Shown here in pieces: positions 31,682 to 43,246 of a stretch of 64,000 nucleotides of DNA. Each line of letters begins with the position of its first letter. The first letter of the stretch is position 1. A program made the translations under genes and the position numbers. The notes below the pieces were generated by a model. It searched no databases. It saw only the letters and a list, made by a program, of their open reading frames with translations, and had not been told where the DNA came from. Origin of the DNA: Thecamonas trahens ATCC 50062 (taxonomy: Eukaryota > Protista > Apusomonadida); assembly GCF_000142905.1 (NCBI RefSeq), contig NW_013657655.1, forward strand, positions 310,001 through 374,000. Direction: 5' to 3'.

Positions 31682-32425
31682 GTGTGTGTGTGTGTGTGGT
31701 GGGGGTCNNNNNNNNNNNNNNNNNNNNNNNNNNNNNNNNNNNNNNNNNNNNNNNNNNNNNNNNNNNNNNNNNNNNNNNNNNNNNNNNNNNNNNNNNNNNN
31801 NNNNNNNNNNNNNNNNNNNNNNNNNNNNNNNNNNNNNNNNNNNNNNNNNNNNNNNNNNNNNNNNNNNNNNNNNNNNNNNNNNNNNNNNNNNNNNNNNNNN
31901 NNNNNNNNNNNNNNNNNNNNNNNNNNNNNNNNNNNNNNNNNNNNNNNNNNNNNNNNNNNNNNNNNNNNNNNNNNNNNNNNNNNNNNNNNNNNNNNNNNNN
32001 NNNNNNNNNNNNNNNNNNNNNNNNNNNNNNNNNNNNNNNNNNNNNNNNNNNNNNNNNNNNNNNNNNNNNNNNNNNNNNNNNNNNNNNNNNNNNNNNNNNN
32101 NNNNNNNNNNNNNNNNNNNNNNNNNNNNNNNNNNNNNNNNNNNGGGGGGGGGGGGGGTGGCAGTGAGGCGGTGCGTTGTCACTGCCGAGCGGACGGGGCA
32201 AGCGGGTTGGGGCGGGGCAAAGCGGGACGGCCGGTTGGGCGGGCGGGCAGGCGAGTGGGCGAGCTGCTTGCCAGCACCGGCTGCCTGCGGTAGTGGCGGG
32301 GGTGGGAGGAAGTGAGAGGGTTGAGGTAAGCACTTGACCTCCCTCCCTCCCTCCCCCCCCCCCCTCTCCCCTTTCCCCTCCCACTCACCAACCCCTCTTC
32401 CCTCTGCACCTTGCCTTGGGTTGCT

Positions 32426-32574
32426 ATGGCTGTGGCTGTGGCAGACGGCGGTCGGCTGGAGGTCTCCCACTCGCGGCGGGCGCTGCCTCTAGGGGCGCTT
32501 GTGGAGTACCAGGGTGTCCGGGGTACGTCCACCACGACCGAGGAGAAAGGGGAAACAGACAGCAGGCAGCAGAT

Positions 32575-32619
<45 letters not shown>

Positions 32620-34084
32620 CAGGGAGGGGGTACTCACTGGTCTCGGCTGTGGTCATACAGGTCATGTCCGCTTTGTGGGAAGGACCGACTTTGCCCCGGG
32701 CCTCTTTGTCGGCGTCGAGCTGAACAAGCCGTGTACGTGATTGGAGGAAGGATGGGAGGGGAGAGGGGGGAGGGGGGGAGGGGGAGGTGTGGATGGTGCT
32801 CGGATGGTGCTGTGGGATGGTGACTTATGATGGCGATGTCGTGGGTGCTGATCGGGATCTGGTTGGCGGTTGCGGTTGGTGGCGATGGCGGGTGATGCTG
32901 GCGGCGGCTACAGACGGTGACAACAACGGCACGGTAGACAGGATCCAGTACTTTGTGTGCAGAGAGCGATACGGGGTGATGGTCAAGCCGTCCGAGGTCC
33001 GACGGGTAGACATCAAGCGGTACAAGAAGCGGGCGATTGTGCGGCATAGTCAGTCAGGGACAAAAGCCGTGGAGAGCGTCGACATCCCGCCCAAGATCCA
33101 GCGCGGGCTGCGGAAGGCCGAGGCGGAGCGGCGGCGGGAGCGGCGGGCGCGCAAGCGGCGCGAGCGGCAGTATGCGCCGCAGATCCGGTACTACGACATT
33201 CCACCGGTGCCGGCGCCAGAATCGCCACAGGAGCTGATTCAGACGTACTCGCCCGAATACCGGCGGCGGCTGGAGCGGACGATCCAGATGCGTGATGCGA
33301 GCAGGTCCGGAGGTCTTGACGACGCGAGTGGGTCGTGGGGCGAGGGCGGGAGCGAAGCTGGCGAGGCCTTCCCGCTCCGGTCGAAGCATCGGCTCCCAGT
33401 CCTGCACGCCAAGTACGACCGCTCGCTCCAGCCGTGCAAGTTTCTTTGGGCGATCCGGTGGAGACCAACTCGACGCGGGTGCTGTTCCAGTACGAGGGTG
33501 CGGTCAAGTATGTTGGGTACGTGGAGCAGCAGCGCGGGCTGTGGGTCGGGGTGGAGCTCACCGAAGCGCTGCCGTCGGGCATCAAGCAGCTGCCCAACTT
33601 TATCGGCCCTCACAACGGGAGCTGGGACGGAGCGTTTTACTTTGAGGCCAAGCCGCTGACCGGGATCTTCATCCGGCCGTCGGCGCTTGTCCCGCTTGAC
33701 CCACACATCATCGCCATCCGCGAGGCCGAAGCCCGACAGGAGCGACTCTCCGAGTCGAAGCGCGAGCTGCTGGCGCGGCACGGGCAGCAGACGCCGCGGA
33801 GCCGGCCATCACGCAACGGCTCGGCGCGGTCGATGCGCAACATCTCGGGCCAGCAAGGCAAGCCAATGAGCTCGCAGATTGCACGGTTGAAGGAGCGGGT
33901 CGAGACGATCATCGGCTCGATTGACTACGGCGACGACGGTCCGGGTGAGACGGTGGCCATCTTGCCGATGCAGGCGTCGCTGGCGGCGAGTGGTGCGTCG
34001 GGCGTGGTGTCAGGCGAGGGCTCGTATTCGTACTCGTACGACGACGACTACGGGTACTCGTACGACGACGGCGACATGTACTAA
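32426..34084 (+). CDS. Protein with two CAP-Gly domains; introns 32523-32660 and 32733-32913; apparent frameshift near 33443
   Basis: Spliced product GVRGHVRFVGRTDFAPGLFVGVELNKPYGDNNGTVDRIQYFVC...YGVMVKP; second domain GAVKYVG...WVGVEL...HNGSWDGAFYFEAKPLTGIFIRP. Confidence 0.8.
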
Positions 34085-34103
34085 CAGCCACTGCTTCAGC
34101 ACG

Positions 34104-35031
34104 TTACGAGAGCGCCTGCCGCTTGCGGACGTTGGCGGCAAAGGTGAGCTTCATAAACGAGAGGACTGACTTGGCCGAGACAAGTGCCATGCGGAGGAGC
34201 GAGTCGAGGGTGGCAGGAGCGAGCTCGCCGTACGTCCGCACAAACTCTACCGCCGGAGTCGCGATCGCAGCGTCGGAGACACCGATGGTGACGACAACGG
34301 CCGACTCGACTTCGACGTTGTCGAGGTGAACAACATCGGCGTCAGCGTCGGCATCGGCGGCGCGCCGGGCGGCGACGGCGTCCTTGAACGAGTGCGACGA
34401 GATGGTGGCGGCGTGCGAGGCCGTCGGATCCGACGGCGGCGGACGGCAGCCGATGGGAGGCTCTCGCACGTCCGCGGATCAAGCAGTACGAGTGAGCGGC
34501 GAGCGGCGGTGCGGGCGTCGTCGTCGACCTCGACGGCACTGTCGCCATCAGGACCGGGCTTTGCTGCCGGGACGACTGAGAGGTAGGCGATGGAGACTGA
34601 CGCCATGAGGGCGTCATCTCAATGCCGGCATCGACCAGGGCCAGGACAGCAGCGTTGATGCAAGCCGAGAGCAGCGAGCCGTCATCGGCGATGGCCTGGA
34701 GGACGACATTGATGCCGGTGCGGGGATAGAGCGAGGTGAGAACAACGGAAGAGAGGGCCGAAGCGACATAAGTCTCCAGCTCGACGTGCTGCGGAGCAGT
34801 AGGACGACCAGCCTGCGGGCGAAAAGAGACGGAGATGACGGCATCGTTGACCTCCTCCTCGGAGGCGCGGACCGCCACCGGACCAAAGACGGCGGCGACG
34901 ACCAGGGTGCCACCCGCCGAGTACTTGGCCGACCCGTCTGCGGCGTCCAGCAGCGACAGCTCGCATGCCAGCTTGCGAAGGTGATTGTACTCGCGTCCGT
35001 CGGTACGCACCACACTCTGTGTGTTGCTCAT
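34104..35031 (-). CDS. RRP46: Exosome RNase-PH subunit Rrp46/EXOSC5; two apparent 1-nt frameshifts (about 34612 and 34464)
   Basis: RTDGR...LRKLACELSLLDAADGSA...AAVFGP...YPRTGINVVLQAIADDGSLLSACINAAVLALVDAGIEM. Restoring one G at each site gives MTALMASVSIA...LLDPRTCEE. Confidence 0.85.
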
Positions 35032-35506
35032 GGTGTGTGTGTGGGGGTGGGGGGGGGGTGGGGGTGGTGGGGTGGGGTGGGTGGAGGTGGGTGGGCGGGA
35101 GGTGGGAGNNNNNNNNNNNNNNNNNNNNNNNNNNNNNNNNNNNNNNNNNNNNNNNNNNNNNNNNNNNNNNNNNNNNNNNNNNNNNNNNNNNNNNNNNNNN
35201 NNNNNNNNTTTTTTTTTTTTTTTTTTTTTTTTGTCCTGAGACGGGGGTTAACTTTGCAAAGAACTTTTTCCCGGGGGAGAGGGAGGGTTCAGTATGGGCC
35301 AAAGGTTGGCAATGCGGTTGATGTGGCGATGCACGGCATACAGCCCTCCACCATCCTCTGGCCCTCCGGCTCACGTTCCTGTCGGGCAAGCCGGCTCCGG
35401 CTTACTCGGCCGACACGTCACTCGCTTGGGGCAGCGCTGCACCACAGGTACACTCGACCCGCACCCATACCAGCCACACCACATCCGCAAGAACAAGGCG
35501 GAAGAC

Positions 35507-36571
35507 ATGGCGCCGACAGAGGGACAGGCGGGACAAGTCGCAGCAAGTGGCGCCGCGCCCAGGACAGGCCGCTCCGGAGGCACTGCTCGGCCGCGGCCGG
35601 CGACGGACAAGGCCATTCCGGGCGTCCTGCCACTGCATGGCGACACTCCGCGGACGAATCCGGAGTATCCGGCATGGCTCCTGGGCTGTGCTGCCGTGGG
35701 GGTGGCTCTCGGTGAGAGGTTTGTCACACATCCGCTCGACACGGTAGCGACGCGGGCCCAGCTGCTCTCTGCCCGCTTCCCGGCCTACCCGCTCCGGCGC
35801 GTCCGCCCCGCCATCTCCGCCCTCATCCGCAACGATGGGTGGATGGCACCGTGGCGGGGGCTGATGCCGGCGCTGGCAGGTGTGCTTCCTGTCATGGCCA
35901 CTCGCGCCCTGGTCAACGTGACGGTCAAAGAGGCTCTGGTGCCGGCACGGACCGACGGCGACGGCCAGGGCGAAGCCGAGAGCTCGTGGTTGCCGATGGT
36001 GCGCCTAACGGCGGCCGGTCTGCTGGCGGGCGCGGCCGAGGGCCTGGTCATTGCGCCGTTTGACGCGTGCAAGGTGCGACTGCAGGCATGCGACGCACCG
36101 GGTGCACTCAAGACCTCAGTCACCACAGTCCGCGAGGTCTTGCGCGACGTCGGTACGCTCGGTCTGCTCCGCGGTGCGTCGCTGTCGATGGTGCGGTCGT
36201 CGGTGGCCGCCGGCGTTCTGTTTCCGGCCTATGAGGTGTTGTGCCACACCATGGCGCTCGACCCGCCGCTCGACGTGCTCGAGGGCTCGGAGCGGGTAGC
36301 CGCCGGCGCCGGCGCAGCCATGCTCGCGGTCGTCGTGGCTAACCCGGTCGCGGTCCTCACCACCCGGGTCCAGCGCGGGCAGCTCGGATACAACGGAGCA
36401 GTCGGCTTTGGCCTCCTCCACGCCATCCACACTGACGGCCTCGGCGTGTTTGCCAAGGGCCTCTACGCTAATGCCTCGCGCATGTTCGTCGGTACGGCAT
36501 TTACGCTCACTGTGTACGAGCTGATCATGCGCGCAGCGCGCAGCACAACAGAAGCAGGCGAAGAAGATTGA
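35507..36571 (+). CDS. Mitochondrial carrier (SLC25) family protein, divergent
   Basis: Three repeats: PLDTVATRAQ, PFDACKVRLQ, PVAVLTTRVQ, with downstream WRGL, LRGA and AKGL motifs. Confidence 0.85.
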   Translation: MAPTEGQAGQVAASGAAPRTGRSGGTARPRPATDKAIPGVLPLHGDTPRTNPEYPAWLLGCAAVGVALGERFVTHPLDTVATRAQLLSARFPAYPLRRVRPAISALIRNDGWMAPWRGLMPALAGVLPVMATRALVNVTVKEALVPARTDGDGQGEAESSWLPMVRLTAAGLLAGAAEGLVIAPFDACKVRLQACDAPGALKTSVTTVREVLRDVGTLGLLRGASLSMVRSSVAAGVLFPAYEVLCHTMALDPPLDVLEGSERVAAGAGAAMLAVVVANPVAVLTTRVQRGQLGYNGAVGFGLLHAIHTDGLGVFAKGLYANASRMFVGTAFTLTVYELIMRAARSTTEAGEED

Positions 36572-36587
36572 TGGGAAAGATAAATCA

Positions 36588-37880
36588 TTACGGAGCCACG
36601 CCGCTGTGGGCATGCATACGCGAGACGTACTCACGGAGAACCGTGTTTTCGGCCTCGAGCGCCGCCAACCGGTCCATGAGCGAGTTGGTCGTCTCAAACC
36701 ATGAGCCATGAACAACTTGGACCGATGAGAGCGGGGTCTCGGTGTGGAGCGGCGCACGAAGCGGGCCGGGCGGGATGCAGACTGATGGCTGCGGCGCGAG
36801 AACGGTCGCCTGCTTGGCCGCCGCGCGCGCAAAGCTCGCAAATGCCGAGCCAATCGGCACTTGCGATGCGCGCATCGACGGCATCGACGCCGCCCCGCCG
36901 GACGAGCCCGTCGAGATTGCAATGTCAAGCGGAGACGAGAGCGAGCCACGATAAAGGCGCGGTCTATCGGCCTCGGGCTCGGGTGTCGTCACCTCATCGA
37001 CAACTTGCGTCGGTGGCGTGGCGGTGGCGCACGCTTCGGCTTGATTGGCCTCGGTTGGCAAGCCTGGGCTTGCATCCTCCGGAAGCTCGTCGTCTGCACA
37101 CGGCTGCGCGGCCTCGATGGTGCTTGAGATCGAGCGGGTGGAAAAGGTTGGGCGGGCCACAACGATCCGCTTGCGGCGGCGGACCCGCCGGCGGACAGCG
37201 AGGCCCGACACTGCGCCGGTCTCAGGTGAGACCGCAAGCAGGCGCTTGTGCCTCTTCGACGGCCGGGCATTGTCGTCGGCGACGTCGCTCGCCACTTGGG
37301 CAGCGGCGGCCGTTGCCGCGGCCGCCAGCGCCGCCGCGCCCGAAGACGGGTCAAGAGCGAGGCCCGAGAGCTGCGACGAGCCAACAGGCTCGGTCGGCAG
37401 CGCCAGCACAGCGTCCTCGTCCGAGGTCACCACTCCGGCTGACCCGCCCTGCCCGAGGACGAGCGAGCCCGACGAGGTGGCGGCAGCGGTGGTGGCTGAC
37501 GGGAGGTGCGGGTCAGTGCGGGTGACGAGGTGCAGTTGACCACTTGGCCCGCACGACGGGCCAGCCGAGGCCGACGGGGTGCCAAAAAGCAGTGATGACG
37601 AGGCGCCTGTCTGGCGCGTGCGCTTGCGCTTGCGGTCAGACTTGGCCTGCGAGGCAGGGCGGACGGGAGCAGGGCGGCTAGCAACGCACTTGGTCGCAGC
37701 GCCCGGGTGGCTCGCAAAAAAGGTCGTAGTTTCGGGAAGCGCCTCGGACGGGACCCGTCCCGAACATTCGGTGGGTGGGTGTGGGGCCGGGGCGGGACAG
37801 GACGCGGCCTTGGAGACCCCCTTGGGTCCCGAGGTGGCCGCCGCCGAAACGTGCTTGCGCACCGGGAATGCCGCAAGCAT
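36588..37880 (-). CDS. Hypothetical low-complexity protein with basic NLS-like patches and a short C-terminal coiled coil
   Basis: Long ORF; ends LMDRLAALEAENTVLREYV; start codon uncertain. Confidence 0.55.
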   Translation of the reverse strand: MLAAFPVRKHVSAAATSGPKGVSKAASCPAPAPHPPTECSGRVPSEALPETTTFFASHPGAATKCVASRPAPVRPASQAKSDRKRKRTRQTGASSSLLFGTPSASAGPSCGPSGQLHLVTRTDPHLPSATTAAATSSGSLVLGQGGSAGVVTSDEDAVLALPTEPVGSSQLSGLALDPSSGAAALAAAATAAAAQVASDVADDNARPSKRHKRLLAVSPETGAVSGLAVRRRVRRRKRIVVARPTFSTRSISSTIEAAQPCADDELPEDASPGLPTEANQAEACATATPPTQVVDEVTTPEPEADRPRLYRGSLSSPLDIAISTGSSGGAASMPSMRASQVPIGSAFASFARAAAKQATVLAPQPSVCIPPGPLRAPLHTETPLSSVQVVHGSWFETTNSLMDRLAALEAENTVLREYVSRMHAHSGVAP

Positions 37881-38387
37881 GGTCCTCACCGTCCAGATCG
37901 GGCAAGTGGTCGTGTTGTTCCCGAACGTCGTCGTGCGGAGAGGGGTGCCACTCTTCGTGGTCGGCTGCTCTGGTGTTGACGCCCTGGCGGTTTTTTAGGC
38001 CACGTTGCGGACTGGCCCGTCCCGGTCGCTATCAGCACCGGGGCCCGTTGACATGAACGGCGCATGCCTTGGAACTTTGCTCAAAGAGACTGGCAAGTGT
38101 GTGTAGTGCATACTAAGCAGCGCACCTCTCTGGTCTTGGCTCGGCTGGAACCAGCCACACCAGAGGTTGCTATGCAGAGCCGGCTCGGCAAATGTAGTGA
38201 AGGTCGCCTCACCCGCTTTTTTGCTGGTTATCCTGAGAAAGAGCAACGCGGCCCTGCCGAAATTGGCAGCTAGAAGCACATTTCTCCGCACTATCAGCTG
38301 GGAGCTCTCTGCTGCGGCATGAGGCGAGGTGTGTGCATGTTTATCAGCCGAATCGCGGTCCTGGTCGAGGTGACCTGATCGAGGCGA

Positions 38388-40335
38388 CTACGAGTACGGG
38401 TTCTTCTGCTGGTAAGGATTGCCGCCTGGCGGCGGAGCGTACGGATTGGGCGGCGGGGCGCCGGCGTATGACGGAGGCGCACCACCGTATGCCGGCGGCG
38501 GGGCGCCGACGGCGGCCGAGTACGGCGGAGCGGCGGAGCCGCCGTAGGGGTTGCCCGGCGGCGGGGCGTTGTAGTTGGACGGCGGCGGGGCGTTGTAGTT
38601 GGACGGCGGCGGGGCGTTGTAGTTGGACGGCGGGGGTGGGGCAGGGTGGGCGACAACAGGCTGGGCCGGAGCCGGGCCGTGGTTGTACCCGCCGCCACCA
38701 CCGTTATAAGCGCCGCCGCCGTTGTTGTTGTTGTTGTTGTTGCCGTAGGCCCCGCCCTTGTGGTTGTTGAAGCGGCCGGAGCGGTTGTTGCCCATGAAGC
38801 ACATGTAGATGGCGTAGACGCCACCGCAGACGCAGCACATCCACACGCAGCCGATGACGATGAGCACAATGCCGATGACAATCTTCTGTGCGCGTGTGAG
38901 GCCAAAGTCATAGGAGCCGTTGGTCAGATCGGACGCCAGAATGTACGGATCGTCGCTCGAGCGGATGGTGAGCTGGACGGTGCTCGGCGTGATGGTGGCA
39001 CCGGCGCTGACCGAGGTGTACGACGAGATGGACCAGTCGCCCTTGGTTCCACCCTGGTTTTTGTACAGGCATCCAAAGCCTGAGCCCGGCACCGATGCCG
39101 GGGTCCACGAGCTGCCCGAGAGCGTGACCTTGAGGCACATGTCCGACGCGCGGAGGTAGAACCGGCAAGTCGACGTCGTCGAGTCCCACTGCCCGCCATC
39201 ATCCGAGCACACCTGCGAACACAGCGGGCGTGAAGAGCCGGTCGACGTTGATGTTGCCGTCAACTGGCACGAACGCGAGAGTGAGCCCTGGCCGCGCGAA
39301 ATGTAGTGGCCAAAGGTGAGGCCGACAGACATGGTTGACGCCGGCCCGCCGTTCTGCGACGCAGAGATGTCAGCTGTGTACACAATGTCCGACGTGCCGA
39401 GCGTGGCTGACGCGAACGAGAACCCGCCTGCCGTCCGATACTTGAGCGGCTCGTACGACTTGAGGTCCTTGTCGTCGTCCCTCAGCACGTCGACGGCAGT
39501 CGTTGCACCGAGGACCTCAGCCCCGCCCGAGGCACCCGAGTTGGTGTTGGTAAACTGTGCCGCAAGTAGCTCGTCACGTGACTGCGAGTTCCACTTGTCC
39601 ACCGCCGCATTGTACTTCTTGATCTTGTCCCCGCGGGTATCCTTCAGTGCCGAGACAAGGACAATGATACCAATGAGGACCAGAATAGGGCCCACAATGG
39701 CACAGCAGCATATGCATCCAACAATCTGCCGACCCTATCCTCCCCCATCCTCCGCACCCAGCCACACAGCCCGGCATCGACGACTCTATCATGAGTTGTC
39801 CGTTATCCCCTACAACAGCGCAAAAACCGTGCTTCTCTCTCTCTCACTCACACACACACACACACACACACACACTCTCTCTCTCTCCCTTCTCCCACCA
39901 CCCTCCCCAACCCCCCCATCGCCTTGCCCAGTAGGAAGTCCATGCCCACCATGACCATGCCGTGGCGCGCGTGGCGCGCAATCAACCGCGGGCATGCGAC
40001 CTCGGCCCCCCCCAGCACCTCCTTCCGTCGCCTTCCGCACCCCCTTCCCCGCACCCACACCATCAAGTCACAGCCAAGACGGAAGTGCGGGAGATATTGG
40101 TCGAGGCAATGTGGGTGTGGGATGGGTAGGTGCGTGCAGGCCTTGAACACGAGTGACGTTGCGTAACGCTGTGGCCGAGTAGCGACGGGCAGAGGGGGGG
40201 GGGGGGAGGAGGCTCGCACCGGGCTGAGGACCAAGGAGAACACGACAAGGATAATATGGGGGGCGAGACACTGGTAGAGCAAGCATGCGGATGTAGGGAT
40301 GGATGGACTACTCGGGGTGGACGTACCGTCTCCAT
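38388..40335 (-). CDS. Two-TM membrane protein with Cys-containing luminal loop and Pro/Tyr-rich (PPxY) cytosolic tail; exons 40327-40335 and 38388-39734
   Basis: Micro-exon ATG GAG ACG|GTACGT joins at GATAG|GGT to give METGRQIVGCICCCAIVGPILVLIGII; second TM IVIGIVLIVIGCVWMCCVCGG; tail contains APPY, PPAY, PPSY. Confidence 0.8.
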
Positions 40336-40522
40336 AAAGTCATCCCACACTCCCGAAACACAGTCGCACATTGGTTCTTGGAATGGGAGTGAAGAGTGCG
40401 GATTTCCAGTGAGTGGGGAGGGCGGTGCCGGTGCGGGTATGCAGGCGCCAACAGTTTACATTGCCCTCTAGCGTGATCGCCGTCCCAAACCAGGATGACG
40501 ACAACTATGAGCCTGACGTATA

Positions 40523-42622
40523 TCATCGGAGAGCATCAGCGACGGCATCGAGGCGGGCGCGAGCTTGGAGGGTGATGGGGTGCTTCTCGCCGAGCTGCGA
40601 GGCGTAAGCCTTGGTGAGGTCGACGAGGATGGGCTGGGCAGCGGAGAGGTTGGCGAGGGCAACAAAGTGCGGGAGCTCGACGGCGACACGATCGGCCTGA
40701 CGGTCGATGAGCTTCTTGCGCGAGCGATGCTTGGCGAGCTGGTCTGAGACGCCCAGCGGGATGCGGGCGAACGAGGTCCGCTGCCAGCGACGGAGCCGCT
40801 TGTGGACGGCCGAATTGCGCTTGATGGAAGCGGCGACGGTGGCGTCATCGACACCCTTAAGACTTTTGAGACTCTTCTGCGACTCACGGATCTTGCGGGC
40901 GGCAGCCTGTGCCTCGGCCTCGGACGAAAAGCCGCCAGGCGCGTCGTTGGCGCCGACGGTGAACGACCGGTGCCGGAGCGACGAGACGCCGATGGTCCGC
41001 TTGGACTGCTTCCGGAAGAGGACTTGATTTCGGAAAAAGGCCTCTTCGCGCTGCTTCTTGATTGTTTCCTGTCGGTTAGAAAACGAGGTCGGGCGCGAGA
41101 GGCGGGCCGACGCCAGCGCCGACGCCGTTTCGGACGTTTCCGACTTGGTCGACGTGGTGTGCGCCGAGTTTGTCGCTGCGGTGCGCGCGGGCGGTGAGGC
41201 CATGCGTGGCGAGCGCTGGGCACCAAGCGGATTTGGCGTCCCGCCTTTGGGAGTCGCTGTTGATGACGGCTCGATGCGGAGGTTGGGGACAACAGGAATA
41301 CCCGAGGCCGAGGCCGACGCGGCGCCGGCATCGCCCGGATCAGAGATCATCGAGTCCGAGTACGACTCGACAGCCTTGGCGTCGACCGACTCAAAGACGG
41401 TCGAGAGGGCCGAGTCGGTCGCGGCCGTGTCGCGGCCGTTGGCTTTGATGGAAAAGCTGACTTGGCCGTAGCGGTCGGTCTTGGTCAGATCAGCCTCGGC
41501 CTGCGGGGCGTGGTCGCTGCTCTCAGAGCTGCTGTGGTGCGAGACGACCGAGACAGCCATGGTCGACGCCGATGCACCCTTGACGCCCGAGACCGCCGAG
41601 TCCGAGTACGACTCGATGGCCGATAGGCGCGACGAGGACAGGCTCGATCTCGAACTCGAGCTCGAGCTCGAGCTCGAATTCGAGGCGTTGTGGTGGGCGG
41701 TAGAGCAGGCGGTGGTGCCCACAGAGTGTGACGACGGAGTCACGTCCGAACCGCGGGGCAGGCCGCCGGCCCGGGTCGATTCTGCGATGGTCGAGAGTGT
41801 GGCCGTTGACTCTGCAGTCGACTGGTGTGAGATGGCCGAGTCAACCGAACTGCGGCGCTTGGCCCTACGGCGCATCTTGCGCTGATACAGCTTGGCCTTT
41901 TTGGCCTGCTGCATCTGCAGCAGCATGAGCCTATCTTCGGTAGTGTTGGATCTCGACCGCGGGTCAAATGCGTCGGGCACCGGCTGCGGCGCAGGCAGTT
42001 GCGCCAGCAGCAGGTCCTCGTCACCGTCTGTTTCGTTTGCGGCCGAGCTAGCGCCCGCACGCGAGCCAAGCTCGGAGCAATTGCTTGTCATCGCACTCGC
42101 TCCAGTTCCGGGTGACGACGCCCGGGATCCACCTGCGCTTGCGCTCCGTGCGCTCCGTGCCGGAGAGGCCGTCCGCCGCGGGGAGTCCACCGTGGCCGGA
42201 CGGGCACGCTCTGGTGTCATCACCTCGAGAGTATGGCTCTGTGCCTTCTTCCGTAGCGCCGCCAGCGCGCCAGCATCAATCGCCGGCGGGCGCCCAACGA
42301 GGACACTCCCGGCAGAAACGCCGCCTGTCCGCAACGGGCCCGCTCTCGCCCACCCGCCGGTGGACCGCTGCCCAGCTGCGGCACTCCGAGCATACGGCGA
42401 GTCAATCCGGCCAGTACGCTTGGCTCGTGCCGATGCCTTCCCGCCGCCTCTCTTTCGGCCTCTGTGCGCCCGTCCTGCTCGCCTGGCCGTGGCTGGTCTC
42501 GGCCACCCCCGCCGTCGTGGCCTCCCGAGTCGCCCGCCCTGCTCGCCGGCTTCTCCGCTCGCCACTTCTGCCGGTTCGGACTCGCCCGGCCCGCGTCGTC
42601 TGCGTTGCCGGCGGCGAGTCAT
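40523..42622 (-). CDS. Hypothetical Ser/Arg-rich disordered protein with a C-terminal TPR-like helix pair
   Basis: About 700-codon ORF; C-terminal YASQLGEKHPITLQARARL resembles the LGxxHPxT TPR motif of kinesin light chain type. Confidence 0.6.
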   Translation of the reverse strand: MTRRRQRRRRGPGESEPAEVASGEAGEQGGRLGRPRRRGWPRPATARRAGRAHRGRKRGGGKASARAKRTGRIDSPYARSAAAGQRSTGGWARAGPLRTGGVSAGSVLVGRPPAIDAGALAALRKKAQSHTLEVMTPERARPATVDSPRRTASPARSARSASAGGSRASSPGTGASAMTSNCSELGSRAGASSAANETDGDEDLLLAQLPAPQPVPDAFDPRSRSNTTEDRLMLLQMQQAKKAKLYQRKMRRRAKRRSSVDSAISHQSTAESTATLSTIAESTRAGGLPRGSDVTPSSHSVGTTACSTAHHNASNSSSSSSSSSRSSLSSSRLSAIESYSDSAVSGVKGASASTMAVSVVSHHSSSESSDHAPQAEADLTKTDRYGQVSFSIKANGRDTAATDSALSTVFESVDAKAVESYSDSMISDPGDAGAASASASGIPVVPNLRIEPSSTATPKGGTPNPLGAQRSPRMASPPARTAATNSAHTTSTKSETSETASALASARLSRPTSFSNRQETIKKQREEAFFRNQVLFRKQSKRTIGVSSLRHRSFTVGANDAPGGFSSEAEAQAAARKIRESQKSLKSLKGVDDATVAASIKRNSAVHKRLRRWQRTSFARIPLGVSDQLAKHRSRKKLIDRQADRVAVELPHFVALANLSAAQPILVDLTKAYASQLGEKHPITLQARARLDAVADALR

Positions 42623-42871
42623 GCCCTCGGCGAGTGGTGGTGGCGGTGGCGGGTTGGGCTGTGGTGAGGTGGGACGTGGTAACGCTTGCGGGCCGAGTCG
42701 GTGTGCCTGCATACTTGTGTGATGATCAGGGCCTACCAGGCCCAACCACGTTTCCGATCCACTCCTACCATCCACCACCAGCTCTACAGCTCGCCGATCT
42801 CGGAGGGTGTGTACCTTCTGCCGCTTGCAGCACTGGTCGGTCTAAGTGATGGAGAGTGTCATCAGGCTGAT

Positions 42872-43100
42872 GAATGAACGATCGATCGGGCTCACGAACG
42901 AACGAATGAACGAATGATTATGAACGAACGAACGAACGATTATGAAAGAACGAACGAACGATTATGAAAGAACGATCATTATGAACGAACGATTATGAAC
43001 GATCGATCGGGCTCACGAACGAACGAATGAACGAATGATTATGAACGAACGAACGAACGATTATGAACGAACGAATAATTGATCGAACAATTGATCGAAC
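42872..43100. repeat. (GAAC)/(GAAT)-rich low-complexity array containing an about 70-bp internal duplication
   Basis: gaacgatcgatcgggctcacgaacgaacgaatgaacgaatgattatgaacg occurs at about 42876 and about 42997. Confidence 0.85.
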
Positions 43101-43246
43101 ACTGGGTTCCGCAGGCGGGAAGGCAGGGTAGGGGGGGAATGGGGAGGGGGGGAGAACGGGACGAACACTCCACGCAGCCGAGCCACGAGTGTAGAGGAGG
43201 GCGTGGTTGGGCAAGGCGGAAGACTTTGCGTATTTCCTTCTTCACT

